Of a stretch of 64,000 nt of DNA, positions 32,475 through 42,438 are shown one piece after another. The translations under genes were made by a program, and so were the position numbers. The DNA is taken from contig CAVXEP010000002.1 of NCBI GenBank assembly GCA_963760795.1, forward strand, positions 128,001-192,000, read 5' to 3'. How positions within the stretch are numbered: position 1 is the first letter of the stretch; every line of letters starts with the position of its first letter. The DNA is from an uncultured delta proteobacterium. Its GTDB lineage: Bacteria > Desulfobacterota > Binatia > UBA9968. Below the pieces are notes generated by a model. That model saw nothing but the letters and a program-made list of their open reading frames with translations, made no database searches and was not told the origin of the DNA.

Positions 32475-33878
32475 TCACGACAGCTTGTCAGGCCATTTTG
32501 CTAAAATCCGATCGCGCAGCTCCTTGCTCGATCGCGACACCGGCGGGAAGGTTTCCTTCCACTCATAGGGACGCGTCGCATCGATGACGGCGCGCGAGTT
32601 GAACCCCTTGGCGTCTTTATGGATGATCGGGTCGAGCGGGCCGCTCCAGCAGCGCCGCAGGATTTCGATATCCTGTACCGGATCGGAGCGCGTGCACACC
32701 GCCCAGAGCACTTCATTCAAGTTGGTCGGATCGATGTCGTCGTCGACGACGATGGTGTAGCGGCCCAGATAGGCCGCGGCGTGGCACTCGGTGGCGATCA
32801 AACCCGCCTGGCGCGCGTGGCCGGGATAGCGCTGCTTGATCGCCACGACGAGAAATAAATACGCCGCGCCGGCCGCCTCGTGGTACCACACGCCGCGGAT
32901 ATCGGGCACGCCGGCGGCTTCAAGATCGTCCCACACCAACGCGGCTTTGAGCGGCGCGCGCCATTTGCGCGTGTAGCCGAGCAAGATCGGCTCGTTGCGG
33001 TGCGCGACCTGGTGAATCTTGACGATCGGTTCCGGGCGCGACGAGCTGCCGTAGTAACCGGTCCACTCGCCGAACGGTCCTTCGATTTTTTCCGGACCGG
33101 GCACGCACTCGCCTTCGAGAACGATCTCCGCGCTGGCCGGGATCGGCAAGCCGGTGAATTCGCCGCGAATAACATCCACCGGCTCACCCTGGATGCCGCC
33201 GATGAAGTCGTACTCGCAGACGCCGTAAGGAACTTCCAGGGCGCCGGCGAGAAAGATCAACGGATCATGTCCGACGGAGATCGCTACCTTGAACGGCTCG
33301 CCGCGGGCGAACGCTTTGTCGCGGTGAATCCGCCCATGGCGTCCCGGCGCGATGTAGAAACCGACGGTATTCTCGTCGTGGATCATCACCCGCGCCGTGC
33401 CGAGATTGGTCCAGCCCTCTTCGGGATCGTGGGTAATATTCACGCTGCCCGTGCCGATATAGCGGCCGCCGTCGAGCTCAAACCAGCGCGGCGTCGGGAA
33501 TTTCAAAATGTTGACATCCTTGCCGCGCTGAATATTTTCCAACACCGGCCCGTCGCGCACCAGCCGCGGCGGGATATGCTTCAAGTCCTTCGAGCGCCGG
33601 CGCCACTCCGAGACGAAATCCATGGCGCTCAAATTTTGCGCCATGCCGAGACTCAAAGCGAGCCGCTTGGTCGAGCCCAAAGAGTTGACCAACACGCGAT
33701 AACCCTTGGGATAACCTTTGACCGAATCGAACAGCACCGCCGGCGAACTGCCGCGCTCGTTGACGATGTCGGCCACCCCGCCGATTTCCAGATCCCAATC
33801 GGCGCCGTCGATGTTCCGGATTTCACCGAGTTCTTCCACTTCGTTCAGCCAACTTCTTAAACCGTCGGTTTGTTTCAT
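32475..33878 (-). CDS. UbiD-family prFMN-dependent (de)carboxylase
   Basis: DGGRYIGT, EGPFGEWTGYY, VDDDIDP, IDATRP. Confidence 0.92.
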   Translation of the reverse strand: MKQTDGLRSWLNEVEELGEIRNIDGADWDLEIGGVADIVNERGSSPAVLFDSVKGYPKGYRVLVNSLGSTKRLALSLGMAQNLSAMDFVSEWRRRSKDLKHIPPRLVRDGPVLENIQRGKDVNILKFPTPRWFELDGGRYIGTGSVNITHDPEEGWTNLGTARVMIHDENTVGFYIAPGRHGRIHRDKAFARGEPFKVAISVGHDPLIFLAGALEVPYGVCEYDFIGGIQGEPVDVIRGEFTGLPIPASAEIVLEGECVPGPEKIEGPFGEWTGYYGSSSRPEPIVKIHQVAHRNEPILLGYTRKWRAPLKAALVWDDLEAAGVPDIRGVWYHEAAGAAYLFLVVAIKQRYPGHARQAGLIATECHAAAYLGRYTIVVDDDIDPTNLNEVLWAVCTRSDPVQDIEILRRCWSGPLDPIIHKDAKGFNSRAVIDATRPYEWKETFPPVSRSSKELRDRILAKWPDKLS

Positions 33879-33899
33879 CGATTCACCATCGTGGCCTAC

Positions 33900-34001
33900 G
33901 TTCAAGGTTCAAGGGTTCAAAGTTCAACGACAGAAAATGAAGGGAACAACGCTGGCGCTCCTAATGACCGACCTTGAACCTTGAACTTTTGAACCTTGAA
34001 C
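33900..34001. repeat. Inverted heptamer tandem repeats (GTTCAAG)n...(CTTGAAC)n
   Basis: Seen directly; related tracts at 26143-26173 and 45622-45730. Confidence 0.7.
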
Positions 34002-34007
34002 AGTTTC

Positions 34008-34964
34008 CTACAATCCCCTTTGCACTTCGCGCAGCAGCCGCAAGTCCAGTACGCGGCCAAGCGGCGCCTCATCTTTCAAATTCATCCGCTCGGTTTCGCG
34101 CTTGAGCGCATCGCGGATGCCCTTCTCGTCCATGCCGCCGTCTTTGGAGAATGCCGGCAGCATCGATTTGTACAGCTCATCGGCAGCCGCTGCGTCGACG
34201 CTCCACTCCTTGGCAATGAACTGGATGGTGTCCGCAGGCCGCTGCTGGATGAACCGCAAGCTTTTGATCGTCGCGCCCAGCATTCGCCTGACCAACTCGG
34301 GCCGGTCGCGAATCATTTTGTCCGACGTACCCAAACCCGATAGAGACTGCTCGACGTAATCGCCGAAATACGCCAGCGTGCGGTAGCCCAATTGTTTTCC
34401 AAAGGCGTTGAACGGCGGCGACAGCACACCGGCGTCCACGGTGCCGGCTTTCATCGCAGTGAGAATATTCGCGGTCGTGCCGGTGCCGAGAAACGCCACA
34501 TCGCGGTCCGGCACCAAACCATTTTTACTGACCAGGAAGCGCGCCAACGTATCGGTGGATGAGCCGATGGCGGTAATGCCGATAATCTTGCCCTTGAGCT
34601 CGGCCATCGATTTAATCTCCGGCTTGGCCATCAGCCAGAACGACGGCTTGATGGTGAGAAAGCCAACGACTTTCACCGCCAGACCGCGCGCCGCGCCGGC
34701 CATCACTTGAGATTGTGCTCCGGAAAAATCGATATCCCCTGTCGTCAGCGCCGCCACCTGGATCGTCGATGCGACCAGGATCATCTGCAAGTCGATATTT
34801 TCCGCCTGAAAGATTCCTTTGTCGCGGCCCAGCGTGACTGGCAGATAATTGAGACTCTTCGCGGGATAGGCAAACCGTACGCGATCGGCGCCAAGGATTC
34901 GAGTTGGCGCAAATAGACCAACGAGCAATGAAACAATAATGACGCAGCTACTTTTTATGATCAT
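34008..34964 (-). CDS. NitT/TauT-family substrate-binding protein
   Basis: Signal peptide; GIFQAENID, ELKGKIIG, LSPPF. Confidence 0.88.
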   Translation of the reverse strand: MIIKSSCVIIVSLLVGLFAPTRILGADRVRFAYPAKSLNYLPVTLGRDKGIFQAENIDLQMILVASTIQVAALTTGDIDFSGAQSQVMAGAARGLAVKVVGFLTIKPSFWLMAKPEIKSMAELKGKIIGITAIGSSTDTLARFLVSKNGLVPDRDVAFLGTGTTANILTAMKAGTVDAGVLSPPFNAFGKQLGYRTLAYFGDYVEQSLSGLGTSDKMIRDRPELVRRMLGATIKSLRFIQQRPADTIQFIAKEWSVDAAAADELYKSMLPAFSKDGGMDEKGIRDALKRETERMNLKDEAPLGRVLDLRLLREVQRGL

Positions 34965-35080
34965 CGGCTATCTTTCTCTGTCCCCTCTTTGAAAAAGAGG
35001 GGTTAGGGGAGATTTTCTTCGTCGGTAGCGCGCCACGCAGAGGCATCTTCCTTAGGGGAAAGGATCGCCACGGGTCACAT

Positions 35081-36079
35081 CTACCGCATCCCCAAATCCT
35101 GCAATGCCTCGCGCAGCACGGCGAATTCCACGACCCTGCCGACCGCCACCGCTTCTTTGACCTGCTGATCGCGCCTTGCCCGTTCGATATCACTTTCCAG
35201 GACTCGTTCGCCAACTACGCCGTTCAAGCTCATGCCTTTGACGTAAATATCATAGGACGCCTGGGCGATAGCGGGTTCGAGCTTCAGCCAGTCGGCGATG
35301 ACGCGCACGCTGTCGGTTTTGTTACCGCGGATAAAATTCTGCGCTTTCAACAGCGCACGGAGCATTTTTTTGACTTGGCCGGGCTTTTCTTTTAGCGTGT
35401 CATTGTGCAGTGCCAGCCCCGACACACTGGTCTCAAATACATCCGCAGCGGCCATCAAACGCACGAAGCCTTTGCTCTCCGCCTCGAAATTGAACGGCGG
35501 CGGTAAGATTGCCGCGTCGAGTCTGCCGGCGAGCAGTGTTTGAACGCGCTGGCCGCTGCCTGACACCTGGAAAGCCTGCGCATCTTTCTCAAGCGTCATG
35601 CCCGCCTGCGCCAGCATGGCGCGCAACATGTACTCGGTGGAGTCGCCATAGCCGGCAAAACCGATCACCTTGCCGCGCAGTTCGCCGACAGATTTTAACT
35701 CCCGCTTGGCGACCAGCACGTGCAACGGCCGGCCGTTGAAATAGGTGACAACCTTGATTGGCAAGCCTTTTACGCCGGCGCGCAACGCCGCGCCGACGGC
35801 GGTGGTGTAGCCGATCTCTTTGGTGGTGACGGCGACGATGCCGATGTTGGTGGCGATGCGGATAATCTCGGCATCAATGCCTTCTTCACGGAAGAAACCC
35901 TTGGCATAGGCGAGCTGCGGCGCGATAAAACTCAATGACAAGCTCGGCATGCCGATGCGCACTTTGTCGAGATTTTGTGCGTCAACGCTTTGCCCCCAAG
36001 CCAAAATCAAAAAGAATGCGATAGTATGAGCTAATGTCCTGGCCCGGAAATATGTAAAACAATGCGGCGGTCTTCTCAT
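35081..36079 (-). CDS. NitT/TauT-family substrate-binding protein; start uncertain
   Basis: KGFFREEGID, ELRGKVIG; the ORF extension to 36190 runs through a REP element. Confidence 0.85.
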   Translation of the reverse strand: MRRPPHCFTYFRARTLAHTIAFFLILAWGQSVDAQNLDKVRIGMPSLSLSFIAPQLAYAKGFFREEGIDAEIIRIATNIGIVAVTTKEIGYTTAVGAALRAGVKGLPIKVVTYFNGRPLHVLVAKRELKSVGELRGKVIGFAGYGDSTEYMLRAMLAQAGMTLEKDAQAFQVSGSGQRVQTLLAGRLDAAILPPPFNFEAESKGFVRLMAAADVFETSVSGLALHNDTLKEKPGQVKKMLRALLKAQNFIRGNKTDSVRVIADWLKLEPAIAQASYDIYVKGMSLNGVVGERVLESDIERARRDQQVKEAVAVGRVVEFAVLREALQDLGMR

Positions 36080-36168
36080 CGTCATGCCGGCGCAGGCCGG
36101 CATCCAGGTTCGCGACTTTTCTGGATTCCGGGTCGCGCTAGCTAGCGCCAGCTTGCCCGGAATGACGA
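36080..36168. repeat. CGTCAT...ATGACG palindromic REP-like element
   Basis: CGTCATGCCGGCGCAGGCCGGCATCCAG...CTGGATTCCGG...CGGAATGACG. Confidence 0.7.
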
Positions 36169-36293
36169 ATGTTTGAAGTTTCATTTCCATTTCATTCCCA
36201 ACTCTCGCAGTGCTTCCCGCAACGGCCCCAGGTCAGTGACGTCACTCAAAACAAACTACCGCGTCGCTTTCATCTCTTTGGCGGCTTGCTCGA

Positions 36294-37257
36294 TCATCGT
36301 CCCTTGATGCCCAACTCTTTTTGTACTTCGCGCAGCAACGACAGTTCCGCGACTTCCGCCACGGCGATGTCTCGACTGAGATTTGCCTCAGCCTTGGCCT
36401 GATCCAACACCAGACGCAAGCCGCTCTCGGGAATCGCGCCGTCGACGATTGAACACTTTTACCGACGAATCGTAAGCCGCAGCGGCGGCGCTGCGGTCGC
36501 TGCGGCCCCACTGGGCTAAGATTTGAATCGACTCGTCGCGGTTGTCGCGAATGAAGACGTTGGCCCGCACCAAGGCTTTAATGGTTCGCTTCACTTCATC
36601 GGGACGCTCGGTGATTTTTTTCACGCTGGTGCCCAAGCCGACAAACGGAAAGGTAAAAATCTCATAAGCGCGGGCGAGAATATTGAATCCCGCCTTGCGC
36701 CCTTCCGAGTCCACCGGTGGCGCGACCACTGTGGCATCGACGATGCCCTCCTTCAGCGCCGCGAAGCGGGCCCGGTCCGATCCCAAGGCGACGATCTTCA
36801 TCTGTTTGTCCGGGTCGACGCCGTGGTGTCGCATCATCATGCGCGCGGAGATATCGTCCGAGGCGCCGTAAGAACCGACACCCATTGTCCGTCCCCGCAA
36901 ATCTTTGACCGACTTGAACTCCGGTCGAGCGAGCAGCGCATGCGTCGAACCATCGATAAAACTGGCGACGACACGCACCGGCAAGCCGCGCACCGCCGCC
37001 CGCACCACCGAGCCAAACACCGTCGTATAATCGATATCGCCGCTCGCCAACGCCGTAATCGACACCGGCGGGCGCATGGCGATGATCTCCGCATCGAGCC
37101 CTTCCTCACGAAAGAAACCTTTTTTAGCGGCGACGCCGGTCATCATGAAAGAGACGTTAAAGTTCGCCACGGCTACGCGGATTTTATCCGCGGCCGAGAG
37201 TTCGCCTCCGCTTAAACAAACAAGGACAATCATTAGTCCGTTCAACCACGGCCGCAT
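36294..37257 (-). CDS. NitT/TauT-family substrate-binding protein; frameshift near 36445
   Basis: KGFFREEGLD; C-terminus DGAIPESGLRL...LLREVQKELGIKGR in the shifted frame. Confidence 0.85.
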
Positions 37258-37352
37258 GATGTTTTTATTCCTTTTAACCCCGGTAGGCTTACACTAATTC
37301 AAAAATCGACTTGGCGATCGTGCCATAGCATCGCCTCCGCATCCTCTCTCGC

Positions 37353-38340
37353 CTACTTAATCACTCTATCCGCCCGCACCAGCACATTCGGTGGAATTGT
37401 CACGCCGATCTGCTTGGCCGCTTTGAGGTTGACGATGAACTCGAACTTGATGGGCTGTTCCACGGGTAGATCGGCGGGCTTGGCGCCTTTCAAAATCTTG
37501 TCCACATACGTAGCAGCGCGCCGGTCCAAGTCGTTGAAATTCACGCCGTAGGTCATAAGCCCACCGGCTTCCACATAATGTCCCCCTTCGTATATCACCG
37601 GGAGCCGGTTCTTTACCGCGAGTTCGATAATCTCTGTTCGGTGATCCCTGGCGATGGCGCCCGACACCATCATAAGGACTGCGTCAGCACGCCCCTTACC
37701 GGCGGCTTGGAACGCGGTCTCAATATCCTTGGGACTCAGGACGTCCAGGTATTGAAGCTTCACTCCGAACGCCTTTGCGGCGAGCTCGACCTCTTTTAAC
37801 GATTGCGCGTTGCCCGGGTAGGTTGAAGTCCCGAAGACGGCCACGCGGGAGAGTTTAGGAATAGTCTCCTTCAAAAGCTCCAGTCGTTTTCCGCTTAACT
37901 CAGGGGCAAAGGTTGACAATCCAGTAATGTTTCCGCCCGGCCGCGCCAGGCTGGCGACGAACCCATTGCCAACAGGATCGGTATCCTGCGCCATGACAAT
38001 GGGAATCGTAGAAGTTGCTTCCTTGGCGGCACGGGTTGCTGTCGGACCGCCCGTGACGATCACGTCTACCTTGAGACGCACTAGCTCGGCCGCGAGCGCG
38101 GGGAGGCGATCGAGTTTTCCCTCCGCAGATCGCAACTCAATAACAATGTTTTTCCCCTCCACATACCCAAGCTCGCGCAGACCCTGCCGGAATGCCTCGG
38201 TGCGGGCCAAGTCAGCGGAAGGGGAGGCGCCAATTAGGTTTGCTATCCGGGGGATCTTTCGTTGGCTGCTGCGCCGCTGCAGGAAAGCTAAGCGCAAAGA
38301 GCAAAACGCCAAGCGCAAGGCGAATAACTATCTTACTCAT
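37353..38340 (-). CDS. ABC transporter substrate-binding protein (ABC_sub_bind type); frameshift near 38255
   Basis: MSKIVIRLALG signal; LGYVEGKNIVIE, SLARPGGNITG, GAKPADLPVEQP. Confidence 0.9.
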
Positions 38341-38421
38341 GAATTTTTTCGCCTCGCTTTCGCTGACTGCTGATCTCTGACGTCTGACTTCTGTCATTTG
38401 AACACCGCCCCCGCCCGGACC

Positions 38422-38919
38422 TTACGGTCTTTCCCTCTTCACCTGACCCTCCCGCGCCGCTTCGAGAATCGATTGCGCGATGGCGCCATAGGCACCGCAA
38501 CGGCAAATGTTACCGCTCAACCACTCGGCGATTTGCTCGCGGGACGGATTGGGATTGTTGATCAACAGCGCCTTCGCTGCCATGATCTGCCCCGGCGTGC
38601 AGTAACCGCACTGCGCGCCGATGTTGCGGATGAAGGCCTCTTGGAGCGGATCGAGTTCATCACCGCGAGCGACGCCTTCGACCGTCAGCACCGATTTTTC
38701 ATTGGCTTCGAAGGCCAGGTAATTACAAGCACTCACCGCGCGATTATCGACCAACACCGTGCAGGCCCCACAGACTTCCGACTCGCATGAGCGTTTCGTG
38801 CCGGTGAGGTGAAGACGCTGCCGCAGGAATTCAAGCAAGGTCTCTTCAATGGCAACCTCGCCCGACCAAGCTTGGCCGTTGACGGTCACCGTAAGATTGA
38901 ATGACGATCGGGTTTCCAT
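38422..38919 (-). CDS. Mo-hydroxylase small subunit, 2x[2Fe-2S] (CoxS-like)
   Basis: CESEVCGAC, QCGYCTPG, NICRCG. Confidence 0.93.
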   Translation of the reverse strand: METRSSFNLTVTVNGQAWSGEVAIEETLLEFLRQRLHLTGTKRSCESEVCGACTVLVDNRAVSACNYLAFEANEKSVLTVEGVARGDELDPLQEAFIRNIGAQCGYCTPGQIMAAKALLINNPNPSREQIAEWLSGNICRCGAYGAIAQSILEAAREGQVKRERP

Positions 38920-38927
38920 AGACCCCG

Positions 38928-39797
38928 CTAATCTCCTCCGCTTTTTTCGCCCGCCGCCTGCACCAACGCATCGCCCAGCATCACTCCGGTCATATACATC
39001 TTGTACTCCGCGCTCCCCAGCAAATCATCAACGGGACGCAACACATCGCGCAGATATTTTTTCTCTTCTGCAATGATCCTTCCTGCGTCCGTCAGCGTCA
39101 CGCCGCCAAGCTTCTCCTCAAGACCGATTAAGCGTTGCGCCTTCGGTCCAACGCAGCCCACGGCCAAGCGCGCCTCGGCAATCTTGGCGTTATCAATTCG
39201 CGCCGCCACGGCGACCCCAAGCGTCGGGCGCTGATAGCGATGCAGCCGCAGGTACGCACTCGTCATCCCGGCAGGCAGCGACGGAATCTCGACTTCGAGC
39301 AACAGCTCGCCGGCTTCGAGCGCGGTAGCGTACATATCGACAAAAAAGTCATCGAGCGCCAAGCGTCGCTCGCCGTTTGCGTTGCCAATCGTCACCGCAG
39401 CCTTATGAACCAGCAACACCGTGCCCGGATCGGAATGCGGATCGTTGAAGGCGAGATTGCCGCCGAGCGTGCCTTGATTGCGCACACGGATATTTGCGAC
39501 CTGCGATTCGGCGTACGCGAAGGCAGGCGCATGTTCTCGAACTAGCGGGTTAGACTCCAACTCGCGATGGGTCACGCAAGCACCGATCCGCAGCAAGCCA
39601 TTTTCTAAAGTTACCGAGTGCAGCCGCTCGATCTTCTTGAGATCAACCAAGATTTCCACATCGAGCAAGCCATTGCGTAGCAGCAACAACAACTCCGCGC
39701 CGCCAGCGTAAAATTTGGCCTTGTCGCCAAATTCCGCGAGAGCTTGGGACGCCTCATCAACAGTGGTTGGCTGGATTAATTGTAATGGCTGCAACAT
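38928..39797 (-). CDS. Mo-hydroxylase FAD-binding medium subunit (CoxM-like)
   Basis: AGGAEL, VRNQGTLGGN, DPHSD. Confidence 0.92.
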   Translation of the reverse strand: MLQPLQLIQPTTVDEASQALAEFGDKAKFYAGGAELLLLLRNGLLDVEILVDLKKIERLHSVTLENGLLRIGACVTHRELESNPLVREHAPAFAYAESQVANIRVRNQGTLGGNLAFNDPHSDPGTVLLVHKAAVTIGNANGERRLALDDFFVDMYATALEAGELLLEVEIPSLPAGMTSAYLRLHRYQRPTLGVAVAARIDNAKIAEARLAVGCVGPKAQRLIGLEEKLGGVTLTDAGRIIAEEKKYLRDVLRPVDDLLGSAEYKMYMTGVMLGDALVQAAGEKSGGD

Positions 39798-39856
39798 CGT
39801 TGTTTCTTCAGGTGATCGGCAAATCTGAGCAAAGTATTTGTATTCTCATCTTGCTT

Positions 39857-39945
39857 CCTCTCCCTCTGGGAGAGGACTGAGGTGAGGGCGACTTTCATCT
39901 CACAAGGACCCTCACCCTTCCCTCTCCCATCGGAATGGGCGAGGG
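39857..39945. repeat. CCCTCTCCC/GGTGAGGG palindromic REP-like element
   Basis: CCTCTCCCTCTGGGAGAGG..GGTGAGGG..CCCTCACCCTTCCCTCTCCC. Confidence 0.65.
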
Positions 39946-40039
39946 TAACACAGAATTGGTTCACTCCACCTCGCTGCTATCTGATCGAAGTAAATTCCAA
40001 TTTTTCATTTTGCATTTTTACTTTCGCCTTGTTCCTTTT

Positions 40040-42283
40040 TCATATCTTTCCCATCGCCCGCAAAATCTTTTCCGGCGTGATCGGCAACGAGCGCACGCGC
40101 ACGCCGAGCGCGTCGTAGACTGCGTTGCCGATGGCCGGGCCGACGGTGACGATGGAGGTCTGGGCCATGCCCTTGGAACCGAACGGCCCCGGCCCGTCGC
40201 CCTTTTCTAACATCGACGAATAGAAAAACTCCGGCAGATCCTTCATCACCGGCAGACGATATTGAAATGGATCGCCGTTCTGCAACTGGCCGTCTTGATA
40301 AATCGTCTCTTCGAACAGCGCATGGCCGAAGCCCATCACCGCGCCGCCGTCCACTTGCGCCTTAGCCGAGGAATAGTGAATGGTTTTGCCGGCGTCGGCG
40401 ATGACCGCGTAGCCGAGAATGCGCAGCTCGCCGGTGTCGCGGTTCACTTCGAGATCGACCGCCGCACCGCTGGGCGCCCAGTGATCCATGCCGGCGAACG
40501 CCGAGTCCTTCACCATCGGCGGCACGCTATGATAGCCGACCGCTTTCAAGACCACGCTGGCGCCGACCGCGCGAATGATTTCGTTGATCGAAAAACTCGA
40601 CTCGCCCCAGCACAGCCGCCCGTCGACGATCTGCCAGTCCTTGGCTTCGCCGCCTTTGACCTGCGCCGCCAGCCCGAGCAAATCCTCCTGCAATGTCTTA
40701 CAGGCGTTGTGCACCGCGTTGCCCATCTGCATGGTCGTGCGCTGTGCGCTGACACCGGCGAAGGGCAAATTTACCGCGGTGTCCGGCGTGCCCACGCGAA
40801 TCTGGCTCTGCGGCAGGTTCAAGGTCTGTGACGCCACCACGCTGAATAGATTGTGCGTGCCTTGGCCGATCTCCGGCGCATTGTGTTGGATCGTAAGAAC
40901 GCCCTGCGCGTCCAGCGTCACCAGCGCATAGGCCCGGCCGCCGCCTTGAGAACCGTGGCGCAGGCTCAAAGCCATGCCGCGGCCGCGCGCCCAGCGCGGT
41001 CCGTTCAAGCTCGGCGCAGGATTCGCTTTGCCGTCCCATGCGATGCCGGCGATCGCGTCGGTCATCAGATCGAGATAATCGGTATCCATGCGCGGCGTGC
41101 CGGTGCAGACAAAATCGCCGCGCAACAGTACATTCTTCTTGCGAAACTCGTAGGGATCGATGCCGAGCTGGCGCGCCACGCTATCCATGGTGCACTCGAT
41201 GCCCCATGTGGTTTGGATCTTCCCAGTGGCGCGGGTGTGGCCGGCGGGAACTTTGTTGGTGTAAACGCACTTGCCGCGGATGCGCAGGTGGGGAATGCGG
41301 TAGCAGCCCCAGGCGGAAATCACTGAGTTGTGCACCGCGGTGGCGCCGCCGGTGGTGTAGGCGCCGGTGTCAACGACCAGATCGACATCGAGGGCGGTCA
41401 AAGTGCCGTCCGCTTTGACGCCGACTCGAGCTTTGAAAACTTCGGCGTGGCGCGAGTTCTGGCGAAAGCTCTCTTGCGCCGACGGGATCAAGCGAACTGG
41501 ACGGCCGATCTTGCGCGCAAGAAAGAGCGCGGCGAAATGCGCCGGCGTCGGTATCTTCGAGCCGAAGCCGCCGCCGACGTAGGGCACGCGCACGCGCACT
41601 TTATCCGGCTCGATGCCGAGAAAGTGCGCGAACTCCGCCGCGTCGCGGGTCGGCGAACTGGTCGGCAGCCAAATATTCGCCTCGCCGTTGACATAGTGCG
41701 CGAGAAATCCGCCCACCGGTTCCATCGGATGGTGAAACATCGACGGCGACGAGTAAGTCTCCTCGAATATCCGGTGCGCTTGCTTAAAGCCCTCGTCGAT
41801 GTCACCCCAGGCCAGGCTATCTTCGACCAAAAGATTGCCGCCGCGATCTTCGTGCAACAGCGGCGCGCCCGGTTCCAGCGCCGCAACCGCATCGAATACC
41901 GGCGGCAACGGATCATAGTCGACTTGAATTTTCGCCAACGCGCGCTCCGCCGTGCGCCTATCTTCGGCAACGACCAGCGCCACCAGATCGCCGTCGTAAC
42001 GAACTTTATCAATCGCGACAAAGTCCTGGTCGTCGGTAATTTTTAAATGCTCATGGGGCGCGAGCTTCAGTCGCGGGTTGACGCCATCAAGATGTTCCCG
42101 ATCGACGACGCCTAAGACTCCGGGTATTTTAAGCGCTTCGGAACAATCGATGCGGCGAATCTTCGCGTGCGAGTATGGGCTCAACAGTGTCGCGCCGTAG
42201 GCCGTGTTGGGCAGATCGGGCAGATCTTCGATGTACTCCGCCCGGCCAGTGACTTTGTCTTTCAAGTCGATGCGGGGAGCCAA
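40040..42283 (-). CDS. Xanthine dehydrogenase-family Mo-binding large subunit with an atypical active site
   Basis: KVTGRAEY, GGGFGSK, EIGQG; HTRATG replaces AFRGFG and KGMAQ replaces KGxGE. Confidence 0.9.
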   Translation of the reverse strand: MAPRIDLKDKVTGRAEYIEDLPDLPNTAYGATLLSPYSHAKIRRIDCSEALKIPGVLGVVDREHLDGVNPRLKLAPHEHLKITDDQDFVAIDKVRYDGDLVALVVAEDRRTAERALAKIQVDYDPLPPVFDAVAALEPGAPLLHEDRGGNLLVEDSLAWGDIDEGFKQAHRIFEETYSSPSMFHHPMEPVGGFLAHYVNGEANIWLPTSSPTRDAAEFAHFLGIEPDKVRVRVPYVGGGFGSKIPTPAHFAALFLARKIGRPVRLIPSAQESFRQNSRHAEVFKARVGVKADGTLTALDVDLVVDTGAYTTGGATAVHNSVISAWGCYRIPHLRIRGKCVYTNKVPAGHTRATGKIQTTWGIECTMDSVARQLGIDPYEFRKKNVLLRGDFVCTGTPRMDTDYLDLMTDAIAGIAWDGKANPAPSLNGPRWARGRGMALSLRHGSQGGGRAYALVTLDAQGVLTIQHNAPEIGQGTHNLFSVVASQTLNLPQSQIRVGTPDTAVNLPFAGVSAQRTTMQMGNAVHNACKTLQEDLLGLAAQVKGGEAKDWQIVDGRLCWGESSFSINEIIRAVGASVVLKAVGYHSVPPMVKDSAFAGMDHWAPSGAAVDLEVNRDTGELRILGYAVIADAGKTIHYSSAKAQVDGGAVMGFGHALFEETIYQDGQLQNGDPFQYRLPVMKDLPEFFYSSMLEKGDGPGPFGSKGMAQTSIVTVGPAIGNAVYDALGVRVRSLPITPEKILRAMGKI

Positions 42284-42348
42284 GAGGAATTTTGGATTTC
42301 AGTCCGCGGGGCCGCTTTTGGATTTTGGATTCCATCGGTCACCATTCG

Positions 42349-42430
42349 GAAGTAAGGAGTGAGTAGTAAGGAGTCAGGAGTTTTCGGACCCGATTTCTGA
42401 CTCCGACTTCTGACTCCTTACTCCTTACTA
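42349..42430. repeat. Inverted heptamer tandem repeats (AGTAAGG/AGTCAGG)n...(CCTTACT/TCTGACT)n
   Basis: Seen directly; related CTGAC heptamers at 38363-38397. Confidence 0.7.
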
Positions 42431-42438
42431 TTTACTCC

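Noticed and set aside
36080-36190. Extended N-terminus of the 35081 binding protein
   Set aside because: It is a translation of a REP palindrome (FVIPG...WMPACAGMT)
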